Origin: Octopus vulgaris
Lineage: Eukaryota
Direction of reading: 5' to 3'
Length of the DNA stretch: 64,000 nucleotides
NCBI GenBank assembly: GCA_951406725.2
Contig: OX597839.1
Location: forward strand, 30,876,001 to 30,940,000
The number at the start of each line of letters is the position of its first letter. Position 1 is the stretch's first letter. Below are positions 1-13,416 of the stretch, one piece after another. The notes beneath the pieces are model-generated. The model did no database searches and was not told where the DNA came from. It saw only the letters and a list, made by a program, of their open reading frames with translations. A program made the position numbers and the translations under genes.

Positions 1-130
1 CGGCCCCTCATAAACCTGGCAACAAGTTCACGGCTGTTATTTACCAAATACCTTTGCATTATATCTACATCTCTGTGTTACGGGACAATTTTTGATATTC
101 TTTCTGACAATATTTACAAGTATGACACAA

Positions 131-250
131 GCGAGTGTGGCTGGGCGGTAAGAAGTTTGTGTCCCAACCACAGGATTCCGGGTTCAGTCCCACACTGCGA
201 CCAATTGGACGTTTGAGTGAATTTAGTAGATGGAAACTGAAAGAAGCCCA

Positions 251-284
<34 letters not shown>

Positions 285-482
285 GATGGGGTATCACCAT
301 CACTTGGCAACTGGTGTTGGTTTGTTTACGTCCTCGTAACCTAGCAGTTCGGCAAAGTAACCGATAGAAGAAGTAGCAAGCTTAAATGAATTAAGGCGCT
401 CGATTTATTCGACTAGAAATTCTTCCATGCGGTGCTCTAGTATGGCCGCAGTCTAATGACCCAAACAAGTAAAGAATAGAAG
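131..482 (+). mobile_element. tRNA-derived SINE family A (octopus-type, internal (TG)n)
   Basis: A-box/B-box-like head (gtggctg..ggtaag; gggttcagtccc), ggaaactgaaagaagccc, and 3' atggccgcagtc.aatgac..aaacaagtaaa. Many further copies in the window. Confidence 0.85.
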
Positions 483-684
483 ATGTTACAAACAGGACTC
501 GAGTGCAATGACTGCTAACATTTGTAGAACGGAAGTTGCGCTGAAGAGCCACCCGCGGGTACATAGTTGCGCTGAAGAGCCACCCACTCTAACACGGGAC
601 CCCTCTGCTCCGAACAGGGGAAGATCCTCACTTCTGAAATCCCATAATCTGCCACCTCACCCCTCCCTATTCCAATGAAGGTTG

Positions 685-685
<1 letters not shown>

Positions 686-764
<79 letters not shown>

Positions 765-926
765 CAAGTGTGTGTGTGTGTGTGTGCATGTGTGCAAGTG
801 TGTGTGTGTGTTTGCACCTGTATTTATGCAATGTCCAGTGTCCCCCATTCGTATGTGTGTGTGTATACACGTGTAAATATATATATGTACACACGCACAC
901 ACGCGCGCACGTGCGTGTGAGTGTGT
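686..926. repeat. (TG)n microsatellite
   Basis: Direct inspection. Confidence 0.95.
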
Positions 927-1309
927 TTACATTCTGCACTTTTCCTAAGGATGTTTTAAAAACAGACAGAATAGCCCCACCACCACCACAACCCCCGAAA
1001 GCTAGAGGTCACTCGGTGCACTTTCGCTGATCGTCTGGCAGGGGTCACTGGGTGCAGACAGCAGCAACAACGACTGCCGCCACGCCGTCCCTTCCTCCCC
1101 CTTAACTCCACCCTCCGGCGCCCTAAGGACTTTTATTCTGATGACGTGTAACTTATTATTGTGTGGCCCTGTATTCCACCCCGACCAACACATGCTCCCC
1201 TCATAATTGTTGCTATGGAAGCAGTACTACTGATGATGATGATGATGATGATGGTGATGTTGTTGCTATGGCTGCAACGCGTGACACCAAACGCCATCAT
1301 CTGAGGTCG

Positions 1310-1700
1310 TTTACGGGTTTCAGTCATCCGACTGCGACCATGCTGGGGCACCACGTTGAAGGGTTTCGGTCGAACAGATCGAACTTAGTTCTTAAGTTTG
1401 CTACATTTTCTACTGATTTCATTTTGCCGAACCGCTACGTTACGGGAACGTAAACAAACGAACACCGGTTATCTAGCAGTGGGGAGAGAGAGAGAGAGAG
1501 ACACACACACACACACACACATATACATATATACGACAGCTTCCAAATTTTACCAAATCCACTCACAAAGCTTTGGTCGGCCCAAGGGTGTAGTAGAAGA
1601 CACTTGCCCAAGGTACCAGGCAGTGGGACTGAACCCGGAGCCATGTGGTTTCGAAGCGAGGTTGTTAACCAGAGGACCATACCAGCGTCTGTGCCATGCC
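1310..1700 (-). mobile_element. SINE family A copy
   Basis: Reverse-complement match to the 131-482 family. Confidence 0.85.
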
Positions 1701-2758
1701 TCCATATTTTAAAGGATTTCTCACAGAAATTGATAACAGAAGAGTTATTGATGTGGAAACACACAAGTTTGGGAAGGAAATTTGCTTCGGAATGAAAAGA
1801 CAATCGTTTTAGTGTTGAATATACGAAAAAAAACGGGGTGGTCACGACTGGAGTCAGAAATGAATAAGAACAACGGCCTGTCATACCACACCATCCACTT
1901 GCTCTGCGGGGGATGGGGTGGGGGAGAATCTATCAAGTCGCTCAGTTTACTAGAAGCAGCAGCTAAATCTTCACTCAATATCTAGCGTCTTAAGAAAAAA
2001 AAAAGACAAGTTTGCATTATGTACCAAAGGAAAATACAGGATAGTCACGGTTGGATTTCCTTTGATCATAGATTTACTTAATCACGACTGACCTAGGGCT
2101 AAACAATACAATATCTTGATTTACGGAGGGGGTGCTTCTATGTGGTTGCTGGGATTGCTAAAAGTAGCAGCTAAAAAAACCGTCAAATTAATCCCAGCGT
2201 TAAAAATTAAACGGTACACGGAAAAACGTAGTCCCAGATACACTATGCCAGAATAAAAGCGGTGACGCGTTGAACACAGACGTAACGCCTTTCGACAAGC
2301 GTGTGCGATGGATCGAGTCACACCTAAGACAAAACCCACAACCCCCGCCGCCGCCAATTCTGATGTTTCCATCTCCTCCACCGCCACCATCACTACCGCT
2401 ACCACCACCTCCACCACCACCGCCTTCTTTCGACGCCACCACCACCACCACCACCACCACCGCCGCCACATCTCTCATATTTGAATCAAAAACGAGATAG
2501 TGACAACTGGAATGCTTTGATCATAGCTAGGTCTGCTCTATCACGCCTGACCTGGGGTTAAACAACAACAACAACAACACCAGTTACCACCACCACCACC
2601 ACATTCCTGAAAATGACAGAAACCCAGGTGGAGACATACGAACGTGTGTGTGTGTGTGTGTGTGTGTGTGGATAGAAGGACGTGCTCGTACATGGATGTA
2701 CACGTGTTGTATTATATACACTCGCGTTTATATATATCAAAGAAAAGGTACAAAAACA

Positions 2759-2792
<34 letters not shown>

Positions 2793-3114
2793 ATATATGT
2801 ATGTGTGCGTTCAATACGACGTAAGCATCGAGAGTTTTTTCTTTTTCTGGAGCCCTCAGCCAGTAAATCTACACCGCACCGTCCCGGGTCATCGACCCCC
2901 GTCACATATATCCGATAACTTCTCCTTTAATTCAGGTGTGTCCCTTTAATTCATTCGTCCCCTTTTATTCCAGTCATGCTCCTTGCTTTAGTTCTCCTTT
3001 TAAACTACGCCGCCGCCGCCGTCAATGTTGGTAAACAACAACAACAACAATAATGAACTTACAGTGTCATTCGCCCCCAACACACACACATCTGTGTGTG
3101 TGTGTGTGTGTATT

Positions 3115-3500
3115 CTTTTATTCTTTTGTTTCAGACATTTGACAGTGGCCATGCTGGAGCACCGCCTTTAGTCGAACAAATCGACCCCAGAATTTATTCT
3201 TTGTTAGCCTAGTACTTATTCTATCGATATCTTTGCCGAACTGCTAAGTTACGGGGACGTAAACACACCAGCATTGTTTGTGAAGCGATGTTGGAGGGAA
3301 CAAACACACACATATACATATGTGTGTGTGTGTGAAACAGGCGTGACTGTGTGGTAAGAAGCTTGCTTACCACCCACATGGTTCCGATTTCAGTCCCACT
3401 GCGTGGCACCATGGGCAAGTGTCTTCTATTACAGCCTCAGTCCAAACCAAAAAAAGCCTTGAGTGGATTTGATAAACAGAAACTGAATGAAGCCCGTCGT
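3115..3500. mobile_element. Two SINE family A halves (3' half on -, 5' half on +)
   Basis: 3115-3300 matches the 3' half in reverse. 3340-3500 matches the tRNA head. Confidence 0.8.
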
Positions 3501-3611
3501 TTATATATATATATATATATAGTGAGAATTTACAACAAAAAAAAACCAAAAGACCAAGACGGGTGTGTCAACAACAAGCAGATGTATTAGTTTAACGCTC
3601 TGGAAGTGAGA

Positions 3612-3713
3612 AAATACCAGAGGTAGAGAGTAAAATGCTTTATTAAAAAGCAGCAAAAATATCACACAGACGGTTACTCAGAGTTTCGCGTTCGTCGGAC
3701 AATTTTGTTTAGA
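3612..3713 (-). mobile_element. Diverged copy of the hammerhead-bearing pLTR family seen at 36.7 kb
   Basis: Aligns by eye to the left arm from 36681 (aaataccag.ggtagag..taa.atgctttatt.aa.gcagca...gttactc.gagtttc). Core degenerate (CCGACGA...GAAActctgagTA on -). Confidence 0.6.
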
Positions 3714-4149
3714 ATGGAGTAAGATAAAGTTAAATGCAGAAATACAATTAGTTTGATAGAGACACATTTGGAAATGGTTTTGTTTCATCGCTCCTTTGTA
3801 CTGACCGTCTTTTCAATAACCGGTTGCAGGATATAACAAAACACACACACACACACACACAACGGTAACAATCTAATCGAAGACTTAGAGGAAAATGTCC
3901 TGAATACATTCTGAGACCATTTTTAAATATCGAAGAAGAAATGGAGTCTTCAAATCCCAGCTCTTGGGGGCGAAACAGAAAGACTAGCCACACCTATAAC
4001 CGACTACAACTAATAATAATAATAATATTATTTTCTACTAACAGGCACAAGGCCTGAAACTTTGTGAGGAGAGGACATCGACCCCAGTGTTCTACTGGTA
4101 CTTAATTGACTCCGAAAGGATGAAATGCAAAGTCAACCTCGGAGGAATA

Positions 4150-4168
4150 CTACTACTACTACTACTAC

Positions 4169-4228
<60 letters not shown>

Positions 4229-4585
4229 CACATGGATGAATATATCACAGTATCGACCATCCAATGTTATACACCACCGTTCACAGTGCGCTTCCAATTC
4301 TGTGTCTTGATTGCACCATTCTTTTCCATGTTGACCCAATTTTTTTTAACTAAATCATCTTCCCTTCATTGTGGAGGCCTTCCACCATAGCCGTTGCAAC
4401 TTCTTGGATATCACTAAGCAACTGCACAAGTCCACCTCTTCTCTGTGAGCCTTGCAATATGTCTCAGCCAGAGAAACTTGTGCTTCCAGTTATTCTGCAA
4501 TCACTCCGCTCCATTCTTCAATTATCTCATTTTGAATATGCTCCCGTAACGATATCCCTAGCATGGATCGTCCCATGGCCCTTAG
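4150..4585 (-). mobile_element. Old RTE-type LINE 3' fragment with (TTA)n tail
   Basis: RSMLGISLREHIQNE and WLRHIARLTEKRWT remnants on the minus strand. Trinucleotide tail at 4150-4226. Confidence 0.6.
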
Positions 4586-6167
4586 GCACGCACACACACA
4601 CACACACCTATATATATAATACTGAAGGGAATAGAGGAGTGGAGGAAGAGAAAAAACACAGTCTTTTACATGAAAACAACAATAGGTTTTGAGACGAGCG
4701 ACACAGCTATGGACCGCATCGTCATCTTTCTCGTCTCCAAACAGGAACATATAAAGACTTCTTACATGGCCAAAGGTAAGTTGCATAATTAAAATGAAAA
4801 CGTTAAGAAAAACAGGTTGAAGTGAGCCAATAACATACACACACAGTTACCTATTTCTTTATTACCCACAAGGGGCTAAACATAGAGGGGACAAACAAGG
4901 ACAGACATAGGTATTAAGTCGATTACATCGACCCCAGTGCGTAACTGGTACTTAATTTATCGACTCCGAAAGGATGAAAGGTAAAGTCGACCTCGGCGGA
5001 ATTCGACTTTACCTTTCACCGCATAATTACACTCGGGTTTTTCCCACTCTCTCTCTCTCTCTCACTCGTAAATTAAAACAGACACGGGGATTGAAACTGA
5101 CCAGCTTGACTGATACACACACAACTATACATAAAGTGACTAGTTCTGATCTGTCGTTTCTTTTATCACGCTCACACATACATACAAACACAAATACACG
5201 CGTAGTTTGGAAGAGACTCGTTCCAGTGGAAGGCGTATCACACACACACACCCACAGAGGCAAAGGGATAGGCCTGCTCCGACGTTTCGTTCACACCGCC
5301 GTCAGTCCGCTATCAACACCTTTAATCAACAATTCTCACCTTTCTTACAATCGGTCGACATCTTTTTTTTACCTGAAGATATTTATCGTCACCCTTTATC
5401 TCATATTTATTCTGTTTTATTACAATTTTACGACTTCATTTTAAACACCCACCCCCAAGAATGCCCTCCCCTTGTATCTTTTAACACACCACCACCCCAC
5501 CGCCCCTTGGCAGGTCCCGAAACCTTACACTTGTTGTAATTTTGTTCCTTTTGTTTTCTTTCCTTTCTACCTACCCATCCATCAATAGTTAGAGGGACAG
5601 ACAGACAGACGGAAGGAGGAAAATTGTGAAAAAAAGTCACCAAGATCTTTGTCTTTCACCAAAGAAGTTTAAGGCAAACCCTGAAAGCTTCATAGCACAA
5701 TCCTCGAGAAAGAAACGAAGAATTCTTAACACCGTCTCGAAGACTCCAAGACCTGCTCAGACGTGCAACGCACAGATTTACAACAAGCCTAGATTACAGA
5801 AGATGCGTGGTTCGAGTCCTGCAGGCGACTTTCTACCTTTTTCACCCACCAAGATGCGCTAAACCCAATGCGTTTTAGCTGAATTCCCTTCTAAATATTT
5901 TGTTGATAAAGACTGTGTGTGTGTAGTAAAGGCGCGTGGCCTAGTGGTTAAGCGTGCTGCACTCACGACCATGATATCGTAGTTTCGATTCCCAGATCGG
6001 CTGTGTTGTGCTCTTCAGCAAAACAACCCCTGATGCTGCAGTCGACTTAGCTGTAAATGGGTCACCCAGCGACGAGGTAGCCTTCCAGTTAGGTTGGACG
6101 TGGGCCGGCTCGCAAACCCAGCGGGGGAGGGGGGCGTATACAGGTCTATGTGCGTACAACACATACA

Positions 6168-6512
6168 GCGGCCATGCTGGAGCACCGCCTCTAGTCGAAC
6201 AAATCGATTGCAGATCTTATTCTTTGTAAGCCTAGTACTAATTCTATCGGTGATTTTTGCCGAAACGCGAAGTCACGGTGATGTAAACACACCAACATCA
6301 GTTTTCAAGCGATGGTGGGGGACAAACAGACATACAAACATATATATATACGACGGGCTTCTTTCAGTTTCCGTCTACCAAATCCACTCACAAAGCTTTG
6401 GGTGGCCCGGGGCTATAATAGAAGGCATTTGGGCAAGGTGCAACGCAATGGGACTGAACCTGGAACCATGTGGTTGGTAAGCAAGTTACTTACCACACAG
6501 CCACTCCTGTGC
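6168..6512 (-). mobile_element. SINE family A copy
   Basis: Family A motifs in reverse. Similar copies at about 9095-9385, 10785-11078, 14490-15020, 24475-24890, 27253-27377, 44760-44895 and 57750-57885. Confidence 0.85.
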
Positions 6513-7038
6513 TTACACATACACACACACACACAGTGGATGCTTTGACTTTGAGAAAAGTTCATCTTGATACCTAGAGTTGTCGCTATCCAAACTCATA
6601 AAAGGGTACTTTTGTTTCATTGTTAGGGTCTAACTGCGTCTTTATGAGGCGAAAGCAGGGCGTGCGTGCGTGGGGTGGGGTGGGGTGGGAGGAAGACCCC
6701 GGGTTCAGGCCAGAATGAAGGAAGAGCGAGACGTGTTGGAAACGGTCCGATACCCTTGTGGGCAAGGGGTTGTGGGGGAGGGGGTTTTGCAACGATGACA
6801 AAACAATGTTTTGAAATGATTTGTAGATCCGGAAGATTAATTAGAGAAAGCATTCGGATGGAACCTTCAAGATTTTGATTTTGTTAAACCATATCATTCC
6901 CTCGTCAAACGTTTCTTTTAGAATTCAGTCATTCGTAGGGGTACACACACACACATCAACATAAAAGATACGTACCTATATGTAAACTTACAAACTTTGT
7001 CTATAAATCTATGAAGATAAAAGTATGTACAATGTGTA

Positions 7039-7110
<72 letters not shown>

Positions 7111-7116
<6 letters not shown>

Positions 7117-8393
7117 TGTTAACAATGAAATGTCCGATGTTCTTATGGCACCAAGTTAACTCTAATACTTTATCCTGACTATTCTTTGTTTCACAACATT
7201 CGAGAGTTACACCATCACGTTTCGAAATGCAATTCATGGTGTCTGATTATATTGTGAGTTTTCCTTTATAAATCAATTTTTGTGAACCCATGGATAGATC
7301 AAAAATTCGTGTTGTTTATGAATATGAGTTCTGTCGTGGAACCAATGCATCCCAGACAGCTCGAAACATCAATGAGGTGTTTGAAGTTGTGGTCAATGAG
7401 GGCACTGTGTGTCGATGGTTTGAGCAGTTCCGGTCTGATGACTTTAGTCTTGAAAATCAGCCCCGTTACTTGACCTGAGACCAAGGTGGATAATGATGAG
7501 ATGGAAACTACAGTAGAAGCGGATACATCTCAAACTTCGTGTGAGTTAGCAGCAAGATTTGATGTTTCTATTCCAACTGTATTGGACCATCTGAAACGAA
7601 TCGGCAAGGTAAAGAAGCTGGACAAGTGGGTACCACACGAACTGAACGAGCATCAAATGACACGTCGTCTTGAAAGATGCTGTTCTTTGCTGTCATGGAA
7701 TAACAGCGAAACATTTTTGCATCGTATTGTTACATGTGATGAAAAATGGATTCTTTTCAACAATAGCAAGCGTTCTACTGCACAGTAACTGGATAGAGAC
7801 AAAGTGCCAAAACACGGTGGTTGGATAGAGACGAAGTGCCAAAACACAGTCCGAAAAAGAATATTCAATAAAAATAGCTAATGGTGTCTGTTTGGTGGTC
7901 CAGCGCTGGTGTCATTCACCACAGCTTCATGATACCTGGTAAGTCAATAACAGTGGATGTATACGTCAACTAATTGGATGAAATGATGAGTAAACTTGCA
8001 ATTAAACAACTGAGATTGGTTAATAGAGACAGGCCAATGCTCGACCACATTTGGCACAAACAACGCTAATCAGGTTACAGGAACTGAACTTGGAAGTACT
8101 CCGTCATCCACCATATTCACCAGACCTTGCACCGACTGACTATCACGTTTTCCAGGCATTAGACAACTTTTTGCAAGGAAAAAACTTCAAATCTGAAGAT
8201 GCAAAAACAGCCTTTCGCGATTTCATCACCTCTTGCTCACCAGAATTCTTCGTTGCCGGCATAAATTAGCTACCGATAAAATGGCAAAACTGTGTTGATA
8301 ATTTAGGTGCACACTTTGATTAACTTTTCGATTGCTTTTTTGTTGAGATAAACTTTCAGTTCAAAATCGGACAATTCATTCTTAATGTCCTGA
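7111..8393 (+). mobile_element. Full-length decayed mariner (DD34D) transposon
   Basis: Imperfect TIRs of about 30 bp, TA-flanked. Transposase pieces at 7290-8320 with WVPHEL, TCDEKW and HPPYSPDLAPTDY, broken by frameshifts and stops. Confidence 0.95.
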
Positions 8394-11085
8394 TATATAT
8401 ATATACAAGATAAGAAAATGGAGAAATACATCTAAATCAAATATCAATTACCAGATAATACTCAATCACATACTTTATTAAAACACCACATAAGAGACTG
8501 TAGGGTTAAATATAAAAAGCAGAACAAATCAGTGTACATAAAGGAATGTACATAAAGTGTACGTTATCCCATGGAGGGTTGCATTTACAACCCCTATCTC
8601 AATTTGTATATATATATATATATATATACACACACATATATATATATATACCACATACACTCATGTAGTGATACAAAGATCTGTGACCACCAAGCAAGCG
8701 ACCCGTTTGCAGGCCACTCAGACTGGAGAAGTCAATTTCAGTGAGGTTTCATTTGACCTTCTACAATGAGGGGAAGAGGGGGGGAAGATTCAAGGGGACT
8801 GTTTCAAGCCCATCCACCCCAACCTGACTCAAAAGTGGGATTTATATTCTGGGTTTGGGTGTCAAATAAGCATTAAGTGAAAGAGAGGAGACGTTAACAA
8901 GGTGGCGTGCTGACAATCGTTATTGTGCCGGACAAAATGTCTTTACGTTCTGAGTTCAAGTCCCACTGAGGGTGACCTTGCTTTTCTTTCTTTCGGGGTC
9001 GATAAAGTACCAGTTGAACACTGGGGTCGATGTAACTGACTTCCCTCTTCCTCCGAAATGTTTGGCACTGAGCCAAAATTTAAAACCAGGATGTCAGTTA
9101 TTGGACTGCGGCCATGCTGGGGCATCGTCATGGTGGGAGTTTAGCCGAACAAATCCACTCCAGTATTTATTGCAAGTCTGGTACTCATTCTATCATTCTC
9201 TTATTGTCGAACCGCTAGTTATGACGACAAGAGGTAGGAAGCAAACAAGACTGCAAGCTGATCCACTCACAAGGAATTCGTCCGCCCTGGGTTATAGGAG
9301 ATATTTGTCCCAAGGTGCCGCGCCGTAGGACTGAACCTGAAACTACGTTGTTGCGAGCCGAACTTATTAAGCACACAGCCAGTATCTCCCTTATGGCCTC
9401 TCTGCTTTAGCCCCAAAGAGTACAGAGCTCCAGTCTGGCCGTAGTGTACATACAATTGAACACGTGGTCGCCTTAGAGGTTCCACTCTCGCCTTATCAAT
9501 TTTATTCCCCCGTCTTGGTCTTACAACTCAGGATATTCAACCCTAAGGACCCATTTCTAGGGAGAAACTCTTACCAGGTACGGTCAGCCGGGGCCACCTA
9601 AGTCTGGGATTTATATAAAGAATGGTGGTCACACTTGGAACTAGTGAATGACGTCACTACCCATTACCTCTACTCCGGTCTTATTAAACCTCCTCAGCGA
9701 AGGGTATCCGTCTCCATACACTGTATTTAACGTCCCCTAATTTACAGGATTTTAGGGATGAAATGCAAGAGTGGTGGCTGTGGGGTTAAGAAGCTCGGTT
9801 TGAAACCAAGTGGTTTCGGATTCAGTCCCACTGCATGGCACCCTGGGGAGGTGCTTTTTTATTTTTAGACCTCTGATCCGACGAATGCCTTGCACGTGAA
9901 TTTGATAAAACGGAAACTGCATGGAAACCTGTTGTGTGTGCACGCGTTTTTCTATTTGATCACCCCTCCATCGTGAGACAAATGGTGCTGGTGCCAGGTT
10001 GGCGTTAAGAAGGACATCCAGATGTAGAAACAATGGAACCGGATGCGGCTCGCAGCCTTACCATCACTCGTCCAACCCATGCCAACATGCAAAACGGACG
10101 TAAAAAGTTGATGTTGCTGCTGTCGTTATTTTAATCCCAAGTCATCCATAACCCATTAAACCTTTAATCAAAGACATTCTAACCGTGACCATCTCACCTG
10201 TTCTCCGGACAGACTGTATCTCCGACTCCTTTGTCTTTAAAACCAGTAGAATGGGGTTAGGATGTGACCGAATGGCTAACAGGCTCGCTTCTCAACCTCG
10301 TGGTTTGGAGTTCGATCCGGATGCGCAATACCGTCGGCAAATGTGTTTTTGAGAATAAAAATTTAGTTGACGGAAATTATGCAGAAGTCCGCCAGACGGA
10401 CCAAAGAAAAATATCGCATCCTCATCGTGGCCCGACCTCAACAAAGCATCCGACCGCGACACTGGTCAAAAATACACAAAAGGAGGCACGGCTATGGATG
10501 TGTCCCTCCCCTTCGGCCGAGGAGACAATAATAACAATGTCAAGATATGAAATAGCGTCGCTTTCGGTTGTCTATTTACCAGGTCAATTGGTGAATATTA
10601 GGGTGAGACGGGTTGATGGGAAGACCGGGGGGGGGGTCACACGGGATTTCCCTTTTGGTGAAAGGGCACAGGATAAAACAAAGGAGAGTCTGGGACTCGG
10701 CCACTTCCTCTCAAACAACAACAACAGCAGCTTTCCGTTCTTCTTTGTGTCCTTTACCGAAATACAGACGGAAAGCACACATCCTTTTATTTGTTTCAGT
10801 CATTTGTCTGCGGCCATGCTAGAGCACCGCCTTTCGTCGAACCACTATGTTACGGGGACGTAAACACACCAGCATCGGTTGTCAAGCGATGTTGGAGGGG
10901 GATAGAGACATACACACACAACAGGCTTCTTTCAGTTTCCGTCCACCAAATCCACTGACAAGGCTTTGGCCGGCCCAAGGCTATAGAAGACACTTGCCCA
11001 AGGTGCCACGCAGTGTGACTGAACCCGGAACCATTCGGTTGGGAAGCAAGCTACTTGCCACACACCCACTCCGGCGCATATATAC

Positions 11086-11294
11086 AATATTTTTTATAAG
11101 CTTAAAGGTTTTTAAGCGATCACCGTGTAATGACCAAAGAAAATATTCTATTTGGGGCATAAAAGCCCGCGACAGAAAAAAGTAGGGTTTCCGTGCGCAT
11201 GGGACGCAAACCCGCAGCTCCCTCCTTTTGCGGCAAGCGTCTTACCATTACAGACGATGATCTCCTATAAGCCTTAAGCTTATAAAAAGATATT
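11086..11294. mobile_element. MITE-like element with ~50-bp imperfect TIRs and a tRNA-like interior
   Basis: aatattttttataagcttaaagg...gtaatg versus cattac...ccttaagcttataaaaagatatt. Confidence 0.6.
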
Positions 11295-13416
11295 ATTTAC
11301 AGAATTGTAAAAATCGACACTACTTCCCAAAAACCATCGTGTGTGTCAGTGTGAACACAACCACGCGTCTATTTTCCGCCCTGTTCCCGTTTTTTTTTCC
11401 TTATCGAAGCAGCTGTCAGCCCGTAGCTAAAAGGCACTGGTCGACAGTTGTGTCGCAAACCAGGGTCGAACGCTGGACCACCGTGGCTGAAAAAAACTAA
11501 TTTCTTAACCCTTCACTTCTACCTCCACCACCAGTTCACAATGCAAATTGAATTAGAGGAGATTCGAATAAACCCTTATTGCTATGGGTCAACACCGGGA
11601 CAACCCTGGTTCAACCGACCTATTATAAAAGGTTTTCCAAGCCTAACCACCTCGTCCTTCTCGCAAGCATTTGTCCTTTTCTATACCGTAGAAGTAATTT
11701 GAGAGAGATTCAGCGAATAATTCTGGAAAATCAAGCCGATACGTAAATCTTAACAGTTTAGCAGTCCAGGGGAAATAACTTGGCTGGGAATTTTTAAAGA
11801 GTTACTTCCCCTGCGTACAATCATGAATAGACACGCAAACATCATATAGAGACAGACAAACAGAATGGCCAAATGGTTAAGTTAGCTTTCACAACCACAA
11901 CACCTAGAGTTCGATCTCATTGCATGGTATCTTCGGCAAATGTCATTTCCTCCAACCTCGGGTCACTCCAGCACTCATCACTGAACAAAATTGGGTAGAT
12001 GGAAACTGTACGGAAGCATATAAGATGGATTGTGCTTGTAATTGAAAAAAAGACAACCTTGTCATACTGATTGTACGTGCTATGGGAACACGTGGTCTGT
12101 GGAATACTCGACCACTTACATGTTAATTCAGGAGAACTTCTTTAAATAACAGAAATCTAATCCATACCATCATAGTTTTAACGTCCACCATTCCATGCTT
12201 GCATGGGTCAGATTTTCTATAGCTGGATGCTCTGTCATCAGCCCCCCCCCCTGTTTCCAAATAAGGTCATATATTGAGCCAGACACATTCTCAGAGAATA
12301 ATCATTTACAAGTGTCACACAATGTCAAGGCAGAGAGACACACAAATACGCAGCAGGCTTCTTTCAGTTTCCATCTGCTAAATTCATTTACAAGGCATTG
12401 GTCTCGACCAAAGTGGAAGACACGGTGCCCTGTGATGGGACTGAACCTGGAACCATGTGGTTGGGGATGCAAACTTCCTGACCACACAGCCCTAGCCATA
12501 CTTGATGGTGCCCCGTCAGTTACAACAATAAGGGTTCCAGTTGGTCGAAATTGAACGTGCAAATGGCTGAGTACTCCACAGACATAAGTGCCCTTAACAT
12601 GGTTCTCAAGGAGATTCAGTGTGACAAAGAATGTGACAAGGCTGGCTGGACCCCTTTGAATTACTGGTATGACTCATTTCTGATTGAGCTGAATGGACTG
12701 GAGCAATAAAGTAAGATAAAGTGTCTTGCTCAAGGACACACATGCACCACCAGGAGTCGAACTCGCGACCTCACAATCGTGAGCCAAATACCCTAACCAC
12801 TCATCCATGTGACTCCGTTTATGATGTTAAGCATCAGAGGAATCAGATGTAAAGAGCAAAGGAGAAGACTGCACTGGTTCGGTCATGTGTGCTGAATAAA
12901 GAAGTGTTGGTCACTTGAAGTGGAGGGGAGAACCAGGAAGAGATGATGTAGTGAAGGCTGATCTCCAGATGCTGGGCCTCACAGAGGAGGTGCTACAGGA
13001 CTGGGAGGGTTGGTGTTCAAGAAGACCCATCCATGATTGCAAATATAAAATCCTAAAAACTGTTGTCTCTGCTGGACACTGACCCCACCTACCTGCCCTA
13101 CCCCCATTAAGCACTTCCCACATCTCATCTCCCTGCTCTACCCCTTACCTCACATGCCCTTCCCCACCTCTCAAATACTTTTTATAACCCTTAATTCTTT
13201 GTGCTAACAGTTCTTCCCTTCCCTACCCCCACCCTGTTCTCATTATTATCCCCCCCCCACGCATCTACCTTTCCCAGCCCCTCTCATGTCTACCATCACA
13301 CCCACACACTATAGCTCCCACATGTGTATATCTCCTTCCTCCCCATTCCTACTCCCGCCCCTCTTTCTATCCACCACCCCACCCATACTTACTTCCTATC
13401 AAACACTATCTCCACT

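Noticed and set aside
534-586. 21-bp direct repeat containing CTGAAGA
   Set aside because: No GAAA box or stem architecture. It is a simple local duplication.
5800-6010. tRNA-like T-loop (ggttcgagtcc) and A/B boxes
   Set aside because: No complete cloverleaf. It is consistent with SINE heads, and no true tRNA gene is supported.
10264-10863. 199-aa ORF
   Set aside because: It begins and ends in SINE-derived sequence and shows no recognisable motif.
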